Positions 44,784 to 53,458 of a stretch of 64,000 nucleotides of DNA are shown here, piece by piece; position 1 is the stretch's first letter; each line of letters starts with the position of its first letter. Below the pieces are notes generated by a model. It made no database searches. It worked only from the letters and a program-made list of their open reading frames with translations, and was not told where the DNA came from. Location: assembly GCA_964019425.1 (NCBI GenBank), contig OZ025785.1:620001-684000 (forward strand). Reading direction: 5' to 3'. The translations under genes were made by a program, and so were the position numbers. The DNA is from Flectonema sp. DT1601. Lineage: Eukaryota.

Positions 44784-46466
44784 ATGACAACTATCGATTC
44801 CCTGTCCTCTGTTTTGAGGAGCCATCAGAGGTTCATGGCGAAGCTGCTGGTGGAAGTGGTGAGTCGGAAGGAGGAGTCGGGGGCGCTGATGGACAGTTTT
44901 TCAGAAGTTCTCAGATCGTCGGAGGAGATCATGGATGGAATGACGGATGCTGAGGCTGCGACTGAATTGACGACGTATAAGGAAGTACACCGGGTGGCGA
45001 GGGAGAAGGAGTCGGCGAAGTTGGTGGAAGGAAGCTCGCGATTACTGGGGAGCCTTTCCTTGCATCCTGACATGAAGTGTGCCGATATCGGGTTCGTTAA
45101 AGCTGATCTCAAGGGGGACGGGAAGATGGAGTTGGTCGAAGATGACCTGAGGAATGTATTCTCGTCCACCTGCTTCCCTCGGTTGCTGAACGAGGATGAG
45201 TATTTCAACACACTTCAAATTGGTTACTTGGGCATGGGTGAAACAGAAGAGGGTGTCCCAGCCCAACTCAGGAAGGAACTCTTCCTGCTGCTGGACTGGC
45301 CGAGACTCTCCCACTCGTCGAAGGAAGAAGTCAGATCCCAATTTGACAACACCTCATGGGGTGCTGAGATCCTCCGTGAGCTGGAAGATTCGAACAACTG
45401 GGGTACTGTGAAAAGAACATACAAATGGCCGTCTGAACGTGTTGTGACTGCGGAGGACCTGAAGACTCCACTTACTCGAATTGACGTTTTGTTCACACAA
45501 AATCCCGACATGTTGTGTGTCCTCGATGCGTCGGAATATATTGACTATGAAGGCACCCTTTCTAATGATTGTGTCAAGAAGCTTCCGTCCTGCATCCGTC
45601 GGTTGTCATTCACCAACTGCAGCCGTTGTATTAAATTTCAGGAGAATTTCCTGTCAGACGGTTGTGACTCGCTGACGTCAATCAATTTCAGTGCTTTTAA
45701 CAACGTGACGGCCATCCCCAGCAAATTCTTGAATAACTTGAAGTCTCTGACTCACGTGGATTTATCTTCCTTGAGTGAAGTTACGAGCATTGCCGATGAC
45801 TTTGTTAGTAACTGTGAATCCCTCACCTCCATCGATGTTTCCGGTTTTAAGAAGCTGACTAGAATAGGTTTTGTATTCTTGAATAATTCAAAGTCCCTGA
45901 CTCACGTGGATTTATCATCCTTTGGTGAAGTTACGAGTATTGGCGATGACTTTATTAGTAACTGTGAGTCCCTCACCTCCATCGATGTTTCCGGTTTGTC
46001 CAAGCTGACTACAATAAGAGATAGTTTCTTGTTAAATGCAAAGTCTCTGACTCACGTGGATTTATCATCCTTGAGTGAAGTTGCCATTATTGGTTGTGAC
46101 TTTATTAGTGACTGTGAGTCTCTCACGTCTATCGATGTTTCCGGTTTGAAGAAGCTGACTGTGATAGGAAGTGGATTTTTGAATAAAGCAAAATCTCTGA
46201 CTAGCATGGATTTATCTTCCTTGAGTGAAGTAACGAACATAGGCGATGACTTTATTAGTAACTGTGAGTCCCTCACCTCCATCGATGTTTCCAGTTTGAA
46301 GAACCTGACTTCAAAAGGAAGTGGATTCCTTCAAAATTCAAAGTCCCTGAGTAGCGCGGATTTATCTTCCTTGAATGAAGTTACGAGCATTAGCGATGGC
46401 CCTCCGTTGAGATACCTTGTAGATAGGTACTTAAGCTCCTTTGATGTGTCCCATATGATTAAATAA
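44784..46466 (+). CDS. LRR protein paralog (one cap+LRR module)
   Basis: N-terminal ~215 aa almost identical to the 35676 gene; intact frame; different LRR string. Confidence 0.9.
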   Translation: MTTIDSLSSVLRSHQRFMAKLLVEVVSRKEESGALMDSFSEVLRSSEEIMDGMTDAEAATELTTYKEVHRVAREKESAKLVEGSSRLLGSLSLHPDMKCADIGFVKADLKGDGKMELVEDDLRNVFSSTCFPRLLNEDEYFNTLQIGYLGMGETEEGVPAQLRKELFLLLDWPRLSHSSKEEVRSQFDNTSWGAEILRELEDSNNWGTVKRTYKWPSERVVTAEDLKTPLTRIDVLFTQNPDMLCVLDASEYIDYEGTLSNDCVKKLPSCIRRLSFTNCSRCIKFQENFLSDGCDSLTSINFSAFNNVTAIPSKFLNNLKSLTHVDLSSLSEVTSIADDFVSNCESLTSIDVSGFKKLTRIGFVFLNNSKSLTHVDLSSFGEVTSIGDDFISNCESLTSIDVSGLSKLTTIRDSFLLNAKSLTHVDLSSLSEVAIIGCDFISDCESLTSIDVSGLKKLTVIGSGFLNKAKSLTSMDLSSLSEVTNIGDDFISNCESLTSIDVSSLKNLTSKGSGFLQNSKSLSSADLSSLNEVTSISDGPPLRYLVDRYLSSFDVSHMIK

Positions 46467-47156
46467 AGCAAGGTCACTGACTAGCTTTCTTGTCTTCCTT
46501 TAATGAAGTTACGAGCATGTTGGAGGAATGCAGTGATGTCGTTAGAAAGAAATTACGGTAGTTTTCGGTTTTGCTTTTTTTTTTTTTTTAAATAGAAATT
46601 AGTGTTATTTTAAAATATAAGAAATAACACCAACTACAACTATTAGTAGGTTATTAGATTTCTTTCACTTTATATTTGTTGGTGATGAGAATTGAAAAGT
46701 ACGAAGTTAAGAAAGTATCCTAAGTGAATTTGTCTTTAAGTCAACCATCGGACTTTAAACTGAGATAATGAGCCGTTACCTTCAATCATTAGAGGTGGCC
46801 TTAAAGCCCCATATTCGACATGTTAAACAGGTTTGAATTAACCTGTTTACCATGTAGTGTTAACCAGTTTCAAAAATACTTATGATGAGCCTCAACCAAA
46901 TGTGTTTTTTGTTGGCTATCCCTACGACGAAGTAATCTGTGATGGTTTTACAGTGTGGATAATTATAACTTAACTTTGTGATCTCAGTTCTTTTTTGATC
47001 TTTCACCCTTCGAAGGAAGCTAAATTAATTGAACGTGTCGTATTATTTGAAGGTCTTTTTCTTTTTTTAATTATCGTTGGGAAAAAGTTCTCGAATTAAA
47101 GTTACGTATCCTTTGACTTAATTCTTCATCACCAGAAACTCATCCAGTTAAAAATA

Positions 47157-48700
47157 ATGGCAACTGTCGATTCCCTGTCCTCTGTTTTGAGGAGCCATCA
47201 GAGGTTCATGGCGAAGCTGCTGGTGGAAGTGGTGAGTCGGAAGGAGGAGTCAGGGGCGCTGATGGACAGCTTTTCAGAAGTTCTCAGATCGTCGGAGGAG
47301 ATCATGGTTGGAATGACGGATGCTGAGGCTGCGACTGAATTGACGACGTACAAGGAAGTACACCGAGTGGCGAGGGAGAAGGAGTCGGCGAAGTTGGTGG
47401 AAGGAAGCTCGCGATTACTGGGGAGCCTTTCCTTGCATCCTGACATGAAGTGTGCCGATACCGAGTTTGTTAAAGCTGATCTCAAGGGGGACGGGAAGAT
47501 GGAGTTGGTCGAAGATGACCTGAGGAATGTATTCTCGTCCACCTGCTTCCCTCGGTTGCTGAACGAGGATGAGTATTTCAACACACTTCAAATTGGTTAC
47601 TTGGGCATGGGTGAAACAGAGGAGGGTGTCCCAGCCCAACTCAGGAAGGAACTCTTCCTGCTGCTGGACTGGCCGAGACTCTCCCACTCGTCGAAACAAT
47701 CAGTTTAGCGTCTCGATCAGGACGGAAAATAGAAATTAATCGACATCGTCGATCGATAAAAAAAACAATGATAACGTTGTTTATTCTTTTTTTTATTTTT
47801 TTTTAAAGAAGTAAAATCCCAATTTGACAACACCTCATGGGGTGCCGAGATCCTCCGTGAGCTGGAAGATTCGAACAACTGGGGTCCTGTGAAAAGAACA
47901 TACAAATGGCCTCGGTATGAACGTGTTGTGACTGCGGAGGAGTTGAGAACTTCACATCTTCGTACTCGAATTGGCATTTTGTTCACAGAAAGTCCCGACA
48001 TGTTTTGTGTCCTCGATGCCTCAGAATATATTGACGATGAAGGAACCCTTTCTAATGATTGTGTTGAGATGCTTCCGTCTTGCATCCGTCGGTTGTCATT
48101 CACCAACTGCAGCCGTTGTACTTCATTAAAGATGCAGTTCCTTTTAGACAGCAACTCCATCGATGTATCCGATTTGAATAAGCTGACTACAATAGGAATT
48201 GGATTCTTAAGTAATTCAACATACCTGACTAACGTGGACTTGTCTTTAGTGAAGTAACGAGCATTGACGATGACTTTATTAGTAACTGTGAGTCCCTCAC
48301 CTCCGTCGATGTTTCAGGGTTTAAGAAACTGACTACAATAGGACATAAATTCTTATATAATTCAAAATCTCTGACTCAGGTGGATTTGTCTTCCTTGAGT
48401 GAAGTTACGGGCATTGGCAATCATTTTGTTAGAAACTGTGAGTCCCTCACCTCCATCGATGTATCTGGTTGGTCTAGGGTGACCCCAATAGGAAATAGAT
48501 TCTTGAGTTATTCAAAGTCCCTGACTAGCGTGGATTTGTCTTCCCTGAGTGAAGTTACGAGTGTTGGTGATGGCTTTATAATTAAGTGTGACTCCGTCAC
48601 CTCCATCGATGTTTCTGAAATCCAGAATTTTGAAAAAACTTTGGCGGAATTAGGTATCCATTTCTTTTTCTGCCAATTCTGTTCCAAATGTCCTTCTTGA
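47157..48700 (+). pseudogene. Disrupted third LRR paralog
   Basis: Same N-terminus, a ~108-bp insertion at ~47697-47804 carrying a stop, and later deletions and frameshifts. Confidence 0.85.
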
Positions 48701-49381
48701 TCCCCCTCCTCACTCGAGATCAGGATCCATACGTTGATGATCGGGTTGTTAAGTAAAAAGAGTTCGCAATAGCAAATTCTCGAATTGGAAAAAAAAAAAT
48801 CATATTCAGTGAACAGCGAAAAAAAAAGAAAAAAATCTTTTACTGAACAGCGAAAATGAAATTATTGGACCCTCCCCCCAATAGTCACTGTATCATGATT
48901 TTCTTTTTATTATTGAGTTCTGATACAATACAGAGATTTATGAACCTAATCAAACAGTCTTCCCCCCAGTAGCGAAAACCTCTTCGTATTATTATTACTT
49001 ATTTTGCTTTAAAAATTTCTACCTCTTTTTTTTTTTTAATCATTATCATTATCAACATCTTTTCCTCTCCCCAAACTTTGTTATTTTGAACCGGTCAAGG
49101 CGGAAGTTGAGGTATTCAGTTCTCTCGAACATTAGTTTTCCTCGCTGAAGCTAAAAAAGTGATCCTCAGGGATAAGGTTCGACATAATGTCGTAGTATTT
49201 GGGGACTCAGGTGGTTAACTTACCGTTCCACCCTTTCGTTGTCTATCTAACCACAAACTCATATTCTAACTAACTCGATGTGTTTTAATAATTTTTTTTT
49301 ATTTTCTTTTTTAAATATTTTTAATAATAGTAATAAACTCATATCCTAACTCAAGAATCAAGATGTTAGGAACCTGCAGAA

Positions 49382-52300
49382 ATGAAAACTCTTTTTTTTT
49401 TTTTCCCCCCCTTTTTTTTTTCCCCCCAATGTCCTTGTTATCAATACAAAGAAGATAATTGTAATACCAAACATGTTGCAGGACATTGTTCTTCCTTGAA
49501 ATGTAGTGATCAACTAAAAGAGGTACTAAAGTTAGGAATGCTTTACCGTATTCACTGTTCACAACATGAGATGACACAAGAACTTCATGAAGCAACTGAT
49601 AGATTTACCGAAAAAGTAACGAGATTCATGATTGGTACAACTAAAAGCGACAGAGAAGCAAACGCCGAAGTCTTAAATAGATGGCTGAAGGAAGAATTCA
49701 CTTCACAAATACAATTAAAACCCTTACCCAACGATGCAACTTTAGCAAAGTGTATGAAAGAATTAAAGGACCTAAAAAAACATGTCGTATTCCTCCCAGT
49801 GGATAAAGCAAGACATGATTGCGCAGTAATGTGCAAAGCTTATTATTGTGAGCTATTGAAAAATGAAATGGAAAGTTACGAACAAGTAGAAAATGTATTA
49901 ACAGACGGGTTAATGAAAACAAATAAGGAACTCAAATTTCCAAAAATCACTGGCGCAGTGCTGTACTTATATGGGATTTTTAAACTGCATAAGATCCCAG
50001 ACATCCGCCTTAGATGGATTGCAGGTACTTCTGTCAACTGTGAAACTTTGATTGAGGAAACGAAAGAACCTGACAAAGAGACTGACGAATCAAAGAAGGT
50101 GACCAATACAAGAGAGAGAGTTTTTCGATCCAATGTAATGACACACGCTCAACAAGAACTTACTGGAATTATTAAGTTAATACTGCTCACACTAAAATCA
50201 AAGGACCATATGGAATATGTAAAGACTGGTGTTAGAAAATATTTTATTGTTGACTCAGTAGATGAGGTAATACAACGGATTAAATCCAACTACCCTGAAT
50301 TTTTAAAATACGCTGAACCCAAAACTTATGACTTCACCACCATGTACAGCAACCTGAAGCATAAGGTACTTAAACGAAATTGCAAAGAAGCAGTAGATGA
50401 AGCTTTTAGATTTTCCGGTAAGAAACATATTGCACGAAATAGCAGAGCACGTGGAAAGTCCAAGACTTTCTTTTTCACAGACGGAGTTGATGCAAACACA
50501 AAGGAATACACTTCCGAAATGATTGGTAAACTAATTGACATGTGTATCGACTATTCTTTAATCCAACCGATTGGTAGTCATCAATGCTACCGTCAAACGA
50601 AAGGGATACCCATGGGTGGTAATGCCTCCCCGCTTCTAGCTAACTTGTATTGTTATGCAGTTGAGAAGAAATTTATAGAACAGTCAACTCTGGAAATTGC
50701 GAAGTCACATACTTTAACAGTAAGATATATTGATGATTTTTTATGCTGGGGGACAAAACCACCGCCGCAAAAGATGTACGGGATGGACTACAAAGATACC
50801 TCCCTAGATAGTAATGATGTGGTGTTTCTTGGTGCACGGATACGGGTCGAGGAAGACATTGCAAGGGAAGAAGTGAAAGTGAAAAAGAAATTTATTCGTC
50901 TCTCCGTTCATCGGAAAGAGTGGAACTTCAAACCTTTACAGTACGTGCATGCAGACTCCACGATGCCTGATTCCATACCCAAAGGTATAGTTAAAGGAGC
51001 GATGTATAGAGCCAGCATGATTTGTAACAACCTCTCTGACCTACTAATAGAGTTTGAATGGATAATTTATCGGATGATTACTAGAAAATTTAAAAAGCAT
51101 CACATATCAACCGGCTACAAGGAATTTTGTGACGAATTCTATGAAGAATATCCTTTTGTCAATAAAAGATGCATCAATCTTTTCTACCGGATCCTTGAAG
51201 GCTTGAAGAAAGATTATTACTACCCGACTAGTGAAAGAAACTATATAACGTACCCGCCCATCGAAAAAGATGAAATTGAAACCGACAGAACAGCTGTCCT
51301 AGTTCAAAAATTGTCATCCCCTACCAATTCGGATGCCAAGGTGAATCTGGGACATTTGGACGAGTTGGTTTCTTATTTTACGTTTCGGGATATGAAAACT
51401 CTACTAGAAACTATGGACTGGGACTTAACAATACCCTCGGTAAACACAGCAGGTAATTGTTTCTTTGAATCTATGGCACTAATAATTTGTCAAAATGGAG
51501 TCATAAACGCTGAATGGGTACGTAGAGTTATACATCGTAGACTGACTTTAAAGAAGGAGCAATACCAAAGTTTTGTAGACACAGATTATGAAAAATTCAC
51601 AGAAGATGTACTTGACAGTAATACATATACAGATCATGTGTATATTCAAGCTTTCTTAGATGAAATGGGTTGTTCTTTAATACTAATCACTATTAATAGC
51701 GTGCAGGAAAAAAGTTTACGATGGATTTCCCCAGCCAGTACACAAGATACATATTTTTGGGGTACGATCGGTGTAATGGCGTACCATACTACTTCTGAGC
51801 ACTATATGCCAATTTTACCGAGAAGTCACGGAAAACAATGCACCATATTTACTATGTCGCAATGGAATTATGAGGCTTTTATGAATTTAATAGTACCTGA
51901 ATTAGCGAAAATGTGTCCTAATTTTGTCGACGCTGATCCTCTTCTATCGAAAGCGGGTGCCACTATGAACCTTTTAACCTTCGACAACGTTAATTATGAT
52001 GTTTACGAACTGTTACATTACTGGTACTTCGATGAGATCAAAATGAAAGCAGCCACAACAATGTCAAGTTGCTCAGATTTAACCTCAGAAACCGTATCTG
52101 TGACCTCTTCCGATTCATCTTCCTCAACTACTTCCTCAAGTTCTAATACGATTGATGAAGAGCTAGTTGTGGATGTACTTATTAATTTATTAGAAGATTC
52201 AGATATTCTAATCTTTAAAGAAGAGCTCCACTTATGTCCAGCAAGACACAACCTGAAATTTGCGAAGGTAAGTAGTAATATGTACTGTAATATCTGTGAT

Positions 52301-52510
52301 CGCAACATGCCACAAACCACTTATAATCTTGCATTCCAATGTAGACAAAAAGACTGTGATTATGATGTTTGTTTGAGTTGTTTGGGATTATTCATCTGTA
52401 CTGCGTGTGGTGCCACGGAATCTCAGGCCGGAAGACAATTTAATTTACGAGGCTTAAGATCACACCAAACTCATTGTACAGTCTTTCGAGAGCAAAGCGA
52501 ACGTAGTTAA
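49382..52510 (+). CDS. Penelope-like reverse transcriptase fused to an OTU-like cysteine protease and C-terminal zinc fingers; no GIY-YIG visible
   Basis: CPC...HVAGH linker, PVDKA...VMCKAYY, KLHK...RWIAG, YDFTTMY, GIPMGGNASPLLANLY, RYIDD, FLG. Then AGNCFFESMA...SEHY, then CPARH...CNIC...C..DCDYDVCLSC and CTAC...H...C. Confidence 0.9.
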   Translation: MKTLFFFFPPFFFSPQCPCYQYKEDNCNTKHVAGHCSSLKCSDQLKEVLKLGMLYRIHCSQHEMTQELHEATDRFTEKVTRFMIGTTKSDREANAEVLNRWLKEEFTSQIQLKPLPNDATLAKCMKELKDLKKHVVFLPVDKARHDCAVMCKAYYCELLKNEMESYEQVENVLTDGLMKTNKELKFPKITGAVLYLYGIFKLHKIPDIRLRWIAGTSVNCETLIEETKEPDKETDESKKVTNTRERVFRSNVMTHAQQELTGIIKLILLTLKSKDHMEYVKTGVRKYFIVDSVDEVIQRIKSNYPEFLKYAEPKTYDFTTMYSNLKHKVLKRNCKEAVDEAFRFSGKKHIARNSRARGKSKTFFFTDGVDANTKEYTSEMIGKLIDMCIDYSLIQPIGSHQCYRQTKGIPMGGNASPLLANLYCYAVEKKFIEQSTLEIAKSHTLTVRYIDDFLCWGTKPPPQKMYGMDYKDTSLDSNDVVFLGARIRVEEDIAREEVKVKKKFIRLSVHRKEWNFKPLQYVHADSTMPDSIPKGIVKGAMYRASMICNNLSDLLIEFEWIIYRMITRKFKKHHISTGYKEFCDEFYEEYPFVNKRCINLFYRILEGLKKDYYYPTSERNYITYPPIEKDEIETDRTAVLVQKLSSPTNSDAKVNLGHLDELVSYFTFRDMKTLLETMDWDLTIPSVNTAGNCFFESMALIICQNGVINAEWVRRVIHRRLTLKKEQYQSFVDTDYEKFTEDVLDSNTYTDHVYIQAFLDEMGCSLILITINSVQEKSLRWISPASTQDTYFWGTIGVMAYHTTSEHYMPILPRSHGKQCTIFTMSQWNYEAFMNLIVPELAKMCPNFVDADPLLSKAGATMNLLTFDNVNYDVYELLHYWYFDEIKMKAATTMSSCSDLTSETVSVTSSDSSSSTTSSSSNTIDEELVVDVLINLLEDSDILIFKEELHLCPARHNLKFAKVSSNMYCNICDRNMPQTTYNLAFQCRQKDCDYDVCLSCLGLFICTACGATESQAGRQFNLRGLRSHQTHCTVFREQSERS

Positions 52511-52690
52511 TTATCACTCGCAGCAAAGTATTGCGAGATGTGCTCCACTGGTAGTGTGCTACGAACCAGAAATAATTTATATTTTATTTTTATTCTTTAT
52601 TTCTTTTATTATTTTTGCAAAAATAGTTTTCTTTTTTTTAATTTTCCTTTAATATTTATTTACCTTTGAAGTGTGAAGGAATACTATTTT

Positions 52691-52896
52691 AAGCTGTAAC
52701 GGGCTACAGGGCATGGGGTGCTCAACCTGTAGTACGTGGCCCCCGAATCCCCATATTCGACAGCACATATGGGATTTTCTATCGATACCAACTGTTGATT
52801 TCTTATATTGCAACCAGGTTTGGCCGAACCCTATTTTCGTTTTTGCCAGTTTCAAGTTGCTTTCCATTTAATATTAGTATCAAGTTACCCCCCTCA
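52691..52896 (+). ncRNA. Candidate structured RNA in the 3' flank of the Penelope-like element
   Basis: Nested stems gctgt/acagc, gggctac/gtggccc, gggca/tgctc and cgaat/attcg, with complementary segments atgggg/ccccat; multicopy. Confidence 0.5.
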
Positions 52897-53458
52897 TTTT
52901 TTCTAAACTAATTAATAACACTAACTCAAGTATCCGATTCCTCCTTTCTTAGTGAATTCCTAGTATAAGATTAAGGCTCCTGAAACTACATATTCTATTA
53001 CCCTATGAATACTTTTCTTTTACTAATCTCTACTTTTCTTATTCTCACTTTTTTCTAAACTAAATTTAATGATACTAGCTAACTCAAGAATCTTTCTTCG
53101 CTGAAGAGGGCTGGGTAAGGGGAATTTTTGCATTCGATTGAATTTTGCCGCCCTCTCCCCTTCTTTTTTGACTGATAACCATTAATACTAACTCAAGAAT
53201 CCCATTCCTCAAAAAAAAAAAATAATAATTTACACTTTTTTTTTTTTCAAAATAATTGATTTAAAAGAAATTTCGAGTACTCTTATTATGATATCAAACA
53301 GAACAACAACAAGAACATGAATTGTTGTGAATACTGGTGAGTTTCTTTATTGTGTACTACCAGTCAACATATGGCTACTGATTCAGCAATAAATGTAATT
53401 AAAAAGAATTTCACATTATTAAAAAAAAAAAATTAAAAAAAAAATAAGGAAAAAAAAA

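Larger units (their letters stand above)
49135..53125 (+). mobile_element. Penelope-like retroelement (Naiad/Chlamys-type RT) with repeat-containing flanks; boundaries approximate
   Basis: RT ORF flanked on both sides by dispersed repeats; short motifs shared between the two flanks (ctaactcaagaatc, tcgctgaag). Confidence 0.75.

Noticed and set aside
49255..49360. cctaac/ctaact motifs suggesting telomeric repeats at the PLE end
   Set aside because: No tandem CCCTAA array, and the element is internal between genes.
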